Below, one piece after another: positions 7,968 through 17,855 of a stretch of DNA of 64,000 nt (its first letter is position 1; the number at the start of each line of letters is the position of its first letter). Below the pieces are notes generated by a model. It had not been told where the DNA came from, ran no database searches, and worked only from the letters and a program-made list of their open reading frames with translations. Source of the DNA: Dehalococcoidia bacterium (GTDB taxonomy: Bacteria; Chloroflexota; Dehalococcoidia; Bin125). Position numbers and translations under genes: made by a program. Where the stretch lies: NCBI GenBank assembly GCA_963663895.2, contig CAXXRD010000002.1, positions 256,001-320,000 of the forward strand, in the 5' to 3' direction.

Positions 7968-10736
7968 GTGAATCGAGCTTGGATAGCTCTGAGCGTGCTG
8001 GTCGCCCTGACCACGGCGGTGTCGACCGCTGCGTGCGGTTCGGACGACCCTCCCGCCCCTCCCGATCCGCCCGCCACCGCCACCACGCCTGCGCCATCCC
8101 CAACGCCTACCCCCTCAGCGGCCCCGGCAGAACCTTCCAGCCCCACTGCAGTCGACCCCAGTGACGCTTATTTCGCCCTCGACAGGGTGCTGGAAGTCGT
8201 GATCGAGATAGAAACCGAGGACTGGGACACCCTGCGTCATCAGACGCGGACATTCGAGGACGTGCTGGCGGAGATCGAGCGATACAACCTCTCTCAACCG
8301 TTCGCGGGCATCTACGACTGGTTTCCGGCCGCGGTGACCGTGGACGGCGAAACGCACACCGAGGTGGGCGTCCGCAAGAAGGGGTTCCTCGGCTCCCAAA
8401 GCGATACCAAGCCTGCCCTCAAGCTGCGCTTCGACAAGTACGTGGACGGCCAGGTGCTGGGTGGCGTCATGGAGCGGATGACCCTCAACAACAGCATCCA
8501 GGACCCTTCCATGGTCAACACCTGCCTGGCCTATCAAGTCTTCGCCGCCGCCGGCTCGCCGTCGCCCCGCTGCAACTTCGCCACGGTCTCGGTGAACGGC
8601 AAGAACCTCGGCCTCTACGTTCACGTGGAGGAGATCAAGCCACCCTTCCTGGGACGCCATTTCGACAGCGCCGCCGGGAACCTGTACGAGGGAACGGTCA
8701 GCGACTTCACTCCCGCGTTTCGCGGCACCATCGAGAAGAAAACCAACGAAGACGCCGACGACTGGTCGGACATCGACGCCCTGGTCGCGGCTCTCCAAGA
8801 CCCTTCAGCAGCCGGGCTGGCAGCCCTGGCCGCCGTCGTTAACCTGGACCGCTTCCTCTCGTTCTGGGCGACGGAAGTGCTGGTGGGCCACTGGGACGGT
8901 TACGCCGGCGACCGCAACAACTACCACTTCTACCGGGAACCCGGCGGCCCCTTCGTGTTCATTCCGTGGGGAGTGGATGACACCTTCCACCTCAAGGACG
9001 ACCCCAACCCCTTCGACAACATCAGCGATCCGCCGCCGTCGGTGCTGGCGCTCTCGGCCATTCCCAACCGGCTCTACAACCACCCGGACTGGCGGGGGCA
9101 ATACGCCCACCGGCTGCAACACCTGCTGGATACCGTCTGGAACGAAGATGCGCTGCTGGCCAGCGTGGACGCAATGGCCGCCATCGTGCAGCAGCACGCC
9201 TTGCCCGATACGAGAGCGACACGGGCCGCCGACACGGAGCGGGTGCGCAAGTTCATCCTGAAGCGGAAGGGCGAGATCCTGGCGGACCTCACGCCGGAGC
9301 CGCCGGACTGGCCCGAGCCAGGCGGGGGTGCGCCGCCTCCCGGCGCGCTGGAAGTGGTCTTCGAATCCACCTGGGGAAGCAACCAGCGCGCCGATCCCTT
9401 TGCCGGGGGATCAGTGACCCGTCTTGTCGTGAACGACATGGAGGAATCCGTCGAGGGAGTGGCGGCGATCGTCGGCCCTGCGACACCGGCGGAGCAAGAG
9501 ATCCTGCCGGGTGTCGGCGATCTAGCGTCTCTCAGCATCTTCAGCGTCGACGCCGACGGCTCGGTCAATGGGATGACCATCGTGCTGCCCGTGGCCCAAC
9601 TGACGCCGGGCGCCACGCGGGTCATCGGCGAGGATGCGATTGGGGGCGGGGGCTGGACCATCCCGCCGGGGGCGGCCGCCCCGTCCAGCTTCCTCCCCTT
9701 CACCGCAGGAACGCTTGCGCTGACGGAAGCCGGGACAGAGGACGGCGCAACGGTCGCCGGCCGCTTCTCCGGCGTCTTTGGCGAGCCCGGGCCCGCAAGG
9801 ACCGCCGCAGCCCCAGCCACCTTTGATCCCGGCACTGTGAGCCTGCGTGTGGAGGCCACGTGGGGATCCATCCGCAGCGCCGATCCCGTCAACGAAGGGG
9901 CTGTGCTCTCTCTCCTGCTGAACGGAACGGAGCGATCCCCCAGCGACTATGGCGTCATTGCCGGGATCGCCCGTCCCGATGAACGGAGCCTGTTGCCGGA
10001 TGTTGACGAGGTGGCGGCGCTGATCGTCATGACGATTGGGCCGGATGCCGTGCAGGGATTTACCGTGGTGTTTCCCGTGTCCGCAGTCGCCAGCGGAGCC
10101 ACGCTGACCGTCGGCGAGGACGCCATCGCCGGCGGGCGCTGGCGCGTTGCCATCGCGACCGGTGCGCTGGAACAGTTCTCCCCCTTCACTGCGGGAACGC
10201 TGGAGTTGACCAAAGCGGGAACGGAGCCCGGCGCGGCCATTGTCGCAAGCTTTTCCGGGGCCTTCGGAGGAATGGCGTCTCCCGCGGATGGCGACACCGC
10301 GGCGGCGGCGGCGCCTTCCCCCACGGCTTCCGGGAACGTCGGCTTGGTGATCAACGAGGTGGCCGCCAAGGGCGACCCGCTGGACTGGTTCGAGCTATAC
10401 AACGCCACGGATTCCCATATCGCCCTCGCCAACTTGGTCGTCGCCGACGACCTGACGGACCCCGGCAAGCGCGTCGCCTTCCCGGCAGACCAGGTCATTG
10501 CCCCGGGTGCGTACCTGCAAGTGGAACTGGACAAGGCCGGCTGGCCTGGCTTTGCGCTGGGCGGAGACGAAGAGTTGGGCATCTGGACGGCCGACGGGAT
10601 CCTGGTCGCCCGCGTGGATTGGGCCGAAGGACAGGCCGACGCGGGCGAGAGTTTCGCCCGCGTTCCGGACGTTACCGGGGAGTTCCAAACGGTCGGCACC
10701 CCCACTCCGGGCACGGCAAATCAGCCCGGCAACTGA
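7968..10736 (+). CDS. CotH kinase family lipoprotein with a duplicated ~145-aa domain and C-terminal lamin-tail domain
   Basis: Lipobox AACG, Pro/Thr linker; CotH motifs VGVRKKG, KPALKLRFDKY, TLNN, GLYVHVEE, WDGY..NNY, FIPWGVD; LTD motif LVINEV...DWFELYN...PTPGTAN. Confidence 0.85.
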   Translation: MNRAWIALSVLVALTTAVSTAACGSDDPPAPPDPPATATTPAPSPTPTPSAAPAEPSSPTAVDPSDAYFALDRVLEVVIEIETEDWDTLRHQTRTFEDVLAEIERYNLSQPFAGIYDWFPAAVTVDGETHTEVGVRKKGFLGSQSDTKPALKLRFDKYVDGQVLGGVMERMTLNNSIQDPSMVNTCLAYQVFAAAGSPSPRCNFATVSVNGKNLGLYVHVEEIKPPFLGRHFDSAAGNLYEGTVSDFTPAFRGTIEKKTNEDADDWSDIDALVAALQDPSAAGLAALAAVVNLDRFLSFWATEVLVGHWDGYAGDRNNYHFYREPGGPFVFIPWGVDDTFHLKDDPNPFDNISDPPPSVLALSAIPNRLYNHPDWRGQYAHRLQHLLDTVWNEDALLASVDAMAAIVQQHALPDTRATRAADTERVRKFILKRKGEILADLTPEPPDWPEPGGGAPPPGALEVVFESTWGSNQRADPFAGGSVTRLVVNDMEESVEGVAAIVGPATPAEQEILPGVGDLASLSIFSVDADGSVNGMTIVLPVAQLTPGATRVIGEDAIGGGGWTIPPGAAAPSSFLPFTAGTLALTEAGTEDGATVAGRFSGVFGEPGPARTAAAPATFDPGTVSLRVEATWGSIRSADPVNEGAVLSLLLNGTERSPSDYGVIAGIARPDERSLLPDVDEVAALIVMTIGPDAVQGFTVVFPVSAVASGATLTVGEDAIAGGRWRVAIATGALEQFSPFTAGTLELTKAGTEPGAAIVASFSGAFGGMASPADGDTAAAAAPSPTASGNVGLVINEVAAKGDPLDWFELYNATDSHIALANLVVADDLTDPGKRVAFPADQVIAPGAYLQVELDKAGWPGFALGGDEELGIWTADGILVARVDWAEGQADAGESFARVPDVTGEFQTVGTPTPGTANQPGN

Positions 10737-10777
10737 GCCAGGAAATACCAGTTGGCGGGCAGCGCGTCTGGATGTCC

Positions 10778-10815
10778 CTTCCCAAGCAGAGGGTCGCGGG
10801 TTCGACCCCCCTCTC
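10778..10815 (+). pseudogene. tRNA-Gly(CCC) 3'-half fragment (att-like scar)
   Basis: cTTCCCAAgcaga-gggtc-gcggg-TTCGACC-ccc: anticodon loop with CCC, variable loop and T-arm; no 5' half; near-identical to 23058-23095. Confidence 0.75.
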
Positions 10816-13003
10816 ACTCAACCCCGCTGACCAGGTGCCGGTACAGGTCGAGCGCCAAACGAGGGTCCTCCTGTTCCAGTCTGTCGAGAGAGACGGGCGT
10901 GAGGAGCAGCGCCCGGCTCGGCTCCATCGCCTCTACCGCGAGATTGGGAGATCCGGCAGCCGGCAGTCCGAAGATGTCCCCGATGCCCCGTTCCTCGAGC
11001 CGGACGCCGGCTGCTCCCTTGCGGAAGGCCAGGCGCCCCTCGACCAGAAGCAGTATGCCCTCCTGGCGCTGGTCTTCCCGGGTCACGGTCTCTCCCTCCG
11101 CATAGCGCCGGGCATCCGTGTAGGGGGCCAGGCGCTCGACGAGGTCTTCAAAGGCCGTCTGCACGTCAAGCCGGTGCAGGATCTCTGCCAAGGATCGCTC
11201 GGAGATGGCGCCGGCGGCGTCCTCGTCACCACCGCGAATACGCTCCCACTCGGCGAGCAGGATCTCCTCGCACCGCTCCAGCCCGCCGTCGAAGTCCTCT
11301 TCGAAGTGGAGACGCGTCCTGTCCGCCTCAGGAACAACATCCAGCAGTGTCGCCCTGAAGCCCGCCGGCATGGCGCTGACGACCACGGCAGTGTCCCGGG
11401 GATGCGCCGCCCGGAGGAAGCTGTGCAGCGCGGCGGCGGCGGAGACATCAAAGCCGCTCACGGCCGTGAAGTCGAGGAGGACACATCTCGGCGGCGGCTC
11501 TGCTTTCAGCGCGCTCTTGAGCCGTTGGACGAGGGGGAAGGCGCTGCCGAAGAAAAGGAAGCCGTGCAGCTGGTAGCTCTGCATTCGGTCGCCAAGCTCC
11601 CGCAGGATGACCAGGTGCGGCGTCGGCCGGTTCCTCGTGCTCTGCTCGTGCTGGCCCCGTCCCGCGACCGCGTCCCTGACCGGATCCATCCGGCTCAGAC
11701 GGACGATGAACAGGACCATGGCGGCAATCAGCCCCGCCCCCAGCCCTTCCACGAAACCCCGGGCGGCGACCACGGCCAACACCAAGATGACGATGCCCCA
11801 GTCCACGAGAGGCAGTCTCCTGTTGATCCTCAGAGCCCAGCTGTTCAGCAAGTCGATCCCCAGGTAGAACACGACCCCTCCCAGCAGCGGCAGGGGAATC
11901 AGCCGGATGATTCCGGTCCCGTAGAACAGGACGGCGAGGACGACGAGCATGGCCACGATGCCGGTCAGCCGCGTATTGGCCCCCGAGGCATGGCTGGCCG
12001 CAGAGAGAGACACCACGTAGTGCCCCGGAGCGCTGCCCGCCAGGCCTACCGCCCCGTTAACGACTCCAGCGACGCTGAACTCCCGGTTCATGTCCAGTTC
12101 GACGCCCGTGCTTGCCTCCACTCCGCTCGTGTTGGTCAGGGTCGAGAGCAGGGTCACGACCACCACGATCGCCATGGCCGGAACTTGCGTGGCGACGGTT
12201 CCCCAGTCGACCCGGTCGAGACTCCCCAGGTAGGTGATGGGCCACTGGCTGCCGGAGACCCCTTCCGCGAACAGGATGCCGAGCGCTTCCGCCCCGTCCA
12301 ACGAGATCCCGGCGGAGGCCATGACCACGTGATAGAGAGCGGTGCAGACCACGATCGATAAGGGCAGGATGAGGAAATGGGACCATCGCCGAAGGACGAG
12401 GAACACGGCCACGCCAAAGGCCACGCCGGGGCCCCAATTCAGGACTAGGTCCAGACCGAAGAACTCCGGCAGCGCTCCCCAGCTCAACCGGATCCCGGCC
12501 ATCGTTTCGAGGCCGCTCACCGCGAGCACCCAGCCGATGCCGGCCAGGAAGCCGGCCACCACGGGGTAGGGGAGGAAGCGCAGATAGTTGGCTAAGCGAA
12601 AGCGTCCCGCGATCAGCAACGCTGCGCCCGCGGCAAGGGACGTGATGCCCATGATCGTCGCCATGGTCGTGAACTGCACGTCGCTGCTTTCGCCGGCCAG
12701 GGCGGCGCCGACGGAGACGCCGATCGCCGCCAATGCCGCCAGCGCCAGGGGAAACGGTGCGGCGATGGCCCCCCTGAAGTCGCTGGTCAGGGCGCTCACC
12801 AAGGTCATGACGAGGCTGCCGACGAGCAGCAGCACGGCGCCCTGCAAAGCCAGGGACGCCAGCGGGCCCGAGAACACGACCAGTGCAAAGGACGACATGG
12901 GAACGACGAGGAGGATGCCCAGCAGCGGACCGACGGTCAGCGCCGCCGGCAGCTTGGACGATCCGGCGTCGGCTTTCAGCTCGGAAAGAAGCGAGCGGAG
13001 CAT
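10814..13003 (-). CDS. SulP family anion transporter with STAS and cNMP-binding domains
   Basis: Many TM helices with FLPYPVVAGFLAGIG and LNRE-like DMNREFSVAGVVN; STAS LHGFLFFGSA..LDFTAVSGFDVSA; cNMP-like C-terminus (GILLLVEGRL..GDIFG); start uncertain (13003-13072). Confidence 0.9.
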   Translation of the reverse strand: MLRSLLSELKADAGSSKLPAALTVGPLLGILLVVPMSSFALVVFSGPLASLALQGAVLLLVGSLVMTLVSALTSDFRGAIAAPFPLALAALAAIGVSVGAALAGESSDVQFTTMATIMGITSLAAGAALLIAGRFRLANYLRFLPYPVVAGFLAGIGWVLAVSGLETMAGIRLSWGALPEFFGLDLVLNWGPGVAFGVAVFLVLRRWSHFLILPLSIVVCTALYHVVMASAGISLDGAEALGILFAEGVSGSQWPITYLGSLDRVDWGTVATQVPAMAIVVVVTLLSTLTNTSGVEASTGVELDMNREFSVAGVVNGAVGLAGSAPGHYVVSLSAASHASGANTRLTGIVAMLVVLAVLFYGTGIIRLIPLPLLGGVVFYLGIDLLNSWALRINRRLPLVDWGIVILVLAVVAARGFVEGLGAGLIAAMVLFIVRLSRMDPVRDAVAGRGQHEQSTRNRPTPHLVILRELGDRMQSYQLHGFLFFGSAFPLVQRLKSALKAEPPPRCVLLDFTAVSGFDVSAAAALHSFLRAAHPRDTAVVVSAMPAGFRATLLDVVPEADRTRLHFEEDFDGGLERCEEILLAEWERIRGGDEDAAGAISERSLAEILHRLDVQTAFEDLVERLAPYTDARRYAEGETVTREDQRQEGILLLVEGRLAFRKGAAGVRLEERGIGDIFGLPAAGSPNLAVEAMEPSRALLLTPVSLDRLEQEDPRLALDLYRHLVSGVE

Positions 13004-13224
13004 CCCGAGGTTCCTAGGAACCGAAACGCCGGTGCGTCCCCGGTTCCAGAGCATCGCCGTCAGGCAGGGCATTGACGGCGGCGTGAGTGGCGTTTCCGTC
13101 AGCGTCGAGGGCGCGAGGTCGGTCGCCTCTTAGTAGCCAAGCAATTGGATCGCGCATTCCCGACACTCCACGGGTTCAGCAGTCTATGGGAGCGTGTCTT
13201 CTCCATGACAGGGCGGCAAAATCC

Positions 13225-13250
13225 GGTGGAGCTGAGGGGACTCGAACCCC
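13225..13250 (-). pseudogene. tRNA-Ala (or tmRNA-like) 3'-end fragment (att-like scar)
   Basis: Reverse complement GGGG-TTCGAGT-CCCCT-CAGCTCC-A-CC = T-arm + acceptor 3' strand with U70 (G3:U70 Ala identity) + discriminator A + CC; no upstream tRNA body. Confidence 0.7.
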
Positions 13251-13362
13251 AGGCGCCTGGGCTGCCCCGAACAGCGCTCCGCGCATCGGCCGATGTCTCC
13301 CAGCACCCCCGTGCACCCGGGCCGATCGGGGCTTGGCTTGCGCTGCGGGGAAGGGCCTCAGC

Positions 13363-13953
13363 TCAGCGGCGCGGCCGTGGCGGAGCCGGGGGACCGGGGT
13401 CGGCAACGGTGTAGCCCAGCGACCGCAGGTCCGCGGTGATGCGGGCGGCCAGGGCGCGGGCGTAGCGCTCGGCGTCGCTCCCTTGGAAGCCCTGCCACAG
13501 GTAGAAGACGTTGCCGCCCGAGCCGCCGAAGCGCTCCGGGTCCCAGGGCGCGATGCGGACCGACCATTGCGGGGCGATGGGGACCCCGTCCTCGCGGGTG
13601 TAGGCGGCCCGGTCCTCGCGCACGTAGACGCGCAGGCAGGCCGGGCCCTCAACATCCACGAAGATCGGGAAGGGGGTCCGTCCGCAGAGCCCGTCGCGGA
13701 AGCGCCGGGCCGTCTCGTGGACCGTGAAGTCGACCGCGGCGCTGCGGCCGTCGATCGCGTTGGCGTAGGAGACCCGCCAGGTGAGGCAGTCGGCGTCGGC
13801 GAGCGAGGGCGCGCCGTCGTTGGAAGCGCCGCCGTCGTTGGAAGCGCCGCCGTCGTTGGAAGCGCCGCCGTCGTTGGCGGCAAGGGTCGCCGTCGAGGCG
13901 GCGACGGCCAAGAGGGCGGCCAGGAGAACGATGACGGCCTTGCAGCGGATCAT
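13363..13953 (-). CDS. Hypothetical secreted protein with NDGGAS tandem repeat
   Basis: N-terminal signal peptide (IVLLAALLAVAASTATLA), coding-type codon bias; no family recognised. Confidence 0.6.
   Translation of the reverse strand: MIRCKAVIVLLAALLAVAASTATLAANDGGASNDGGASNDGGASNDGAPSLADADCLTWRVSYANAIDGRSAAVDFTVHETARRFRDGLCGRTPFPIFVDVEGPACLRVYVREDRAAYTREDGVPIAPQWSVRIAPWDPERFGGSGGNVFYLWQGFQGSDAERYARALAARITADLRSLGYTVADPGPPAPPRPRR
13813..13877. repeat. 18-bp tandem repeat gccgtcgttggaagcgcc x~3.6 (in-frame, encodes NDGGAS)
   Basis: Three perfect units plus 11 bp read directly. Confidence 0.95.
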
Positions 13954-14398
13954 GGCGGCCAGGCCTCGCGGAAAACGACCGCCCCCGCAGGTTCATGCGC
14001 GGCGGGGAGCCGTGCGCTTCCCGCTGAATCTTCGGCGCGACGCGTCTCTCATCGCTTTGGCCGGACCGCCAGGCGAGACCATCGTCCGAAGCGTATTCGC
14101 CGGAAAGATAGGACAATCGCGCGCCCGCCAAGCCGCACACAAAAGGGCAGGGAGACGCGGATCGAGCCGCCGACCGTCTGGCCGCGCGGCGCCTCCACCC
14201 AGAGGAGGTAGCCAGCCTCAATGACAAAGTCCTCCCGGCTTTGGGCGGGCGCGGAGGTGCGGTCCCAAGCCCGCAGGGCCCGGTTGCAATTCAAGATGAG
14301 CAGCACGTCCATGCCCCCGAAGAGGCGGGGCACGGTCACGCCGGGCCGCACGTACCAGCCTCGCATGTGCGCCCAACCCCGCTACGATGCCGGCAGCG

Positions 14399-15379
14399 AT
14401 GAAGATCGACGTCCACGCGCACGTCCTGAGCGAGTCGTACCTTGACCGTGTGGTTCGCGAGGGGGCTTTCGGCTTCCAGCGCGGCGAGGACGGCGCCGCG
14501 CTGATGCCCGACTACGGGCCGCTCGACCCCGGCGTCTATCGCCACGAGGAGCGACTGACGCGGCTAGTCGAGACGGGGATCGACCTGCAGCTCGTCGGGC
14601 CGCTGATCAACTTCGTCGCCTGGCCCGGTGGAGCCGCCGGGGTGGAGCAGGGGCGTGCGCTCAACCAGAGCACAGCCGAGTGCGTCGCAGGGTCGGGAGG
14701 GCGCTTCGCGGGATTGGCGGCGCTGGCGCTGGGCGAGCCGGATCAAGCCGTCGCGGAGCTGGGGCGGGCGGTGGAGGAGCACGGCTTCGTGGGCGCGGTG
14801 ACCGGCACCTACGCGGGAGATCGCCCGCTCGATCATGCGTCGCTGGAGCCGCTGTGGGCGGAGATCGAGGCGCGCGAGCTGCTGCTGTTCATGCATCCCA
14901 GCAGCGCCGAGCCGACTCCGCTCTGGGATGAGTACACGCTGGCGGTGGCGCTGGCCTGGCCAAACGAGACGGCGCGCGCCGTGTCGCGGCTGATCTTCGC
15001 GGGGACGCTGGAGCGCCACCCAGCCCTGCGTCTGGTCCTGGCGCACGGCGGCGGCACGCTGCCGTTTCTGCGGGGCCGGCTCAACCTGGCCTACGCGGCG
15101 CCGACCTACGAATACAACCCGGACTGCCACGCCCAGATCTCGAAACCGCCCGCCGATTACTTCGACCAGCTGCTGTTCGACACGGCCGTGGGCGCCGCCG
15201 AGAGCCTGCACTTTCTGATCGAGAGCGTGGGCGCGGAGCGGGTGGTGCTAGGCACCGACGACCCGTTCGAGATCGCCGACACCGGCGGGCGCGTGGCCTT
15301 CCCCGCGTTGCAGGAACGCCCGGCCAGGGAACGGGAGCGGATCCTGGGCGGCACCCTGGCGGGGCTGCTCGGGCTGTAG
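14399..15379 (+). CDS. Amidohydrolase family 2 protein (ACMSD/decarboxylase-like)
   Basis: IDVHAH metal motif, LFMHP, LAHGGGTLPF, VVLGTDDPF; alternative start 14387. Confidence 0.88.
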   Translation: MKIDVHAHVLSESYLDRVVREGAFGFQRGEDGAALMPDYGPLDPGVYRHEERLTRLVETGIDLQLVGPLINFVAWPGGAAGVEQGRALNQSTAECVAGSGGRFAGLAALALGEPDQAVAELGRAVEEHGFVGAVTGTYAGDRPLDHASLEPLWAEIEARELLLFMHPSSAEPTPLWDEYTLAVALAWPNETARAVSRLIFAGTLERHPALRLVLAHGGGTLPFLRGRLNLAYAAPTYEYNPDCHAQISKPPADYFDQLLFDTAVGAAESLHFLIESVGAERVVLGTDDPFEIADTGGRVAFPALQERPARERERILGGTLAGLLGL

Positions 15380-15404
15380 ACGGCCGCCGCGCGTGCGGCC
15401 TTCC

Positions 15405-17765
15405 CTAGGCGCCGGGCTGCAGGAGGCGCCAGAGCTTCTCGGAACCGAGCGTCATGTCGATGTGGCGCACGCCCAGATCGCTGAGGGCGTCGACGGCGGC
15501 GTTGACGATGCAAGGCGCCGAGCCGATCGTGCCGGCTTCGCCGATGCCCTTGGCGCCCAGCGGGTTGAGCGGCGTGGGCGTCACGGTGCTGCCCAGCTCG
15601 AAGGTCGGGAAGTCGGTCGTACGCGGCAGGGCGTAGTCCAGCAGGGAGCCGTTCAGGGGCTGGCCGTTCTCGTCGTACACCATCTCCTCGTAGAGAGCGG
15701 TGCCGATCCCCTGCGCCAGCCCTCCGTGGATCTGCCCCTCGACGATGAGCGGGTTGACCACGGTGCCGCAGTCGTCGACGCCCACGAAGCGGCGGATGAT
15801 GAGCAGGCCGGTGGCGGGGTCGACCTCGACCAGTGCGATGTAGCAGCCGAAGGGGTAGGTGGATCCGGCCGGCTCCCAGAAGGCTTCATCGCTCAGACCC
15901 GGCTCCAGGCCGGAGGGGAGCGAGGCGGGCGCGTAGGCGTAGCGCGCCACCTCGGCCAGGGACAGTCCGCTCTCGGTGGCGCCCGCCACGCTGATCGCGC
16001 CGTCCGCGAACACCAGATCGTCCGCCTTGGCCTCCAGGAGCTGGGCGGCGAAGCGCGCCATGCGCGCCTTGACCTTGCCGGCTGCCAGCAGGAGGGCGGT
16101 GCCGCCGACCGCCTGGGAGCGGCTGCCGAAGGTGCCGATGCCTTGCTTGACGATGGCCGTATCGCCGTGCTGGATCGTGATCGCTTCGAGCGGCGCGCCG
16201 AATTCGTCGGCCAGGAGCTGGGCGAAGGTGGTCTCGTGGCCCTGCCCATGGGAGGACGCCCCAGTGGTCGCCGTGATGACGCCGTCCCGCTCGACCGTGA
16301 CGCCGGCATGCTCCCAGCCACCGAACGAGACTTCCGAGGAGGGGCCGATGCCGCAGACCTCCACGTAGAAGGCCAGCCCCAGGCCGAGGCGGCGGCCCGC
16401 GGCGCGGGCCGCGTCGCGCTGGGCGCGGAGGCCGTCCCAGTCCGCCAGGTCGAGCGCGTGGTCCAGCAGGCGGCCGTACTCGCCGGAGTCGTAGGTCGCC
16501 CCCGCCTGGGTGCGAACCGGGAAACGCTCGGGCGCGATGAAGTTCCTGCGCCGCAGCTCGGCCGGGTCGATCGCGAGCTCGCGCGCCAGCATGTCCATGG
16601 CCCGCTCGACGAAGTAGATCCCCTCCGGCCGTCCGGCGCCGCGATAGGGATCGGTGGGCGTCTTGTTGGTGAAGGCCTCGTACAAGTCGGCGCGGATGGC
16701 GGGGATGTCGTAGACGCCGCTCAGCATGCCCTGGGTGAGGGTCGGCACCACGACCGTGAAGAGCCCCTGGTAGGCGCCGATGTCCGCGATCAGGCGCAGC
16801 TTGATCCCCAGCAGGGCGCCGTCGCGCTTGGCCGCGAGGTCGACGTAGCCGATCACGCCGCGGCCGTGGGCGGTCGCCAGGAAGGCCTCCGAGCGCTCCT
16901 CGATCCACTTGACGGGGCGGCCCAGCCGCTGCGCGACGGCGGCGGCGGCGTAACCCTCGGCGTAGGGGTTGGTCTTGGCGCCGAAGCCGCCCCCGACTTC
17001 GGGCGCGATCACGCGGATCTGGTTCTCGCCCAGGCCGAGCGCCTGCGCCATCAGGGTGCGCACGACGTGGGCGCTCTGGGTGGAGATCCAGAGCGTGAGG
17101 AAGTCCTTGCCCGTGTCATAGTGGGCGACGACGCCGCGCGGCTCGATCGGCGAGGGGGCGACGCGGGGGCTGACCATCCGCTGGGAGATGACGACCTCCG
17201 CCCGCGCGAAGGCGTCGTCGATGGCGCCGTTATCGACTGTCCCGGCCTCGGCGTCGACGCCGGTGCCGCTGGACACGACGGGGATGGCGAGGTTGTCGGG
17301 GTAGCCGTCGTGGATCAGCGCGGGCTGGCCCGTGAGGGCGTGCTCGGGGTCGACCACGGCCGACAGCTCTTCCACCTCGACGTCGATCGCGTCGACCGCG
17401 TCTCGGGCGATGTAGCGGTCGCGGGCGACGACGACCGCCAGCGGCTCGCCCACGTAGCGCACCTTGTCCCGCGCGAGCGGAAAGAAGTCCGGCGCGGGAT
17501 AGGGGGTGAGGACGGGCATCGACGGGAGGTCGCGGAGGTCGCCGGCGGTGAACACCGCCACCACGCCGGGCAGGGCGGCCGCCGCAGTGGCGTCGATGGC
17601 GACGATGCGGCCGTGCGCGATATCGCTGCGGCGGAAGCCGAGGTGCAGGAGACCGGGCAGCTGAACGTCGTCGACGTAGGTGCCGCCGCCTTGGATCAGC
17701 CGCTCATCTTCCTTGCGGCGGATGCTCTGCCCAACGAATTGGGGCGATCGGGGGGCTGCGGGCAA
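15405..17765 (-). CDS. Xanthine dehydrogenase family molybdopterin-binding subunit (CoxL form II-like)
   Basis: GQSIRRKEDERLI, VGGGFGAK, PYRGAGRPEG, HGQGHET, GTFGSRS, GAKGIGEAG; TTG start at 17765 after GAGGGGAG. Confidence 0.92.
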   Translation of the reverse strand: MPAAPRSPQFVGQSIRRKEDERLIQGGGTYVDDVQLPGLLHLGFRRSDIAHGRIVAIDATAAAALPGVVAVFTAGDLRDLPSMPVLTPYPAPDFFPLARDKVRYVGEPLAVVVARDRYIARDAVDAIDVEVEELSAVVDPEHALTGQPALIHDGYPDNLAIPVVSSGTGVDAEAGTVDNGAIDDAFARAEVVISQRMVSPRVAPSPIEPRGVVAHYDTGKDFLTLWISTQSAHVVRTLMAQALGLGENQIRVIAPEVGGGFGAKTNPYAEGYAAAAVAQRLGRPVKWIEERSEAFLATAHGRGVIGYVDLAAKRDGALLGIKLRLIADIGAYQGLFTVVVPTLTQGMLSGVYDIPAIRADLYEAFTNKTPTDPYRGAGRPEGIYFVERAMDMLARELAIDPAELRRRNFIAPERFPVRTQAGATYDSGEYGRLLDHALDLADWDGLRAQRDAARAAGRRLGLGLAFYVEVCGIGPSSEVSFGGWEHAGVTVERDGVITATTGASSHGQGHETTFAQLLADEFGAPLEAITIQHGDTAIVKQGIGTFGSRSQAVGGTALLLAAGKVKARMARFAAQLLEAKADDLVFADGAISVAGATESGLSLAEVARYAYAPASLPSGLEPGLSDEAFWEPAGSTYPFGCYIALVEVDPATGLLIIRRFVGVDDCGTVVNPLIVEGQIHGGLAQGIGTALYEEMVYDENGQPLNGSLLDYALPRTTDFPTFELGSTVTPTPLNPLGAKGIGEAGTIGSAPCIVNAAVDALSDLGVRHIDMTLGSEKLWRLLQPGA

Positions 17766-17855
17766 GGAGTCGCTCCCCTCGCTGGGGCGGGCTCGCGTCG
17801 CGCGGAGTCCACGGTGAGCGGAGCCCAGCACGGCCCCGGGAGGGGACCGTGCGCC

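Noticed and set aside
13813-13877. CRISPR array
   Set aside because: Contiguous 18-bp units with no spacers, in-frame in a CDS, no cas genes; the same applies to 49720-49854
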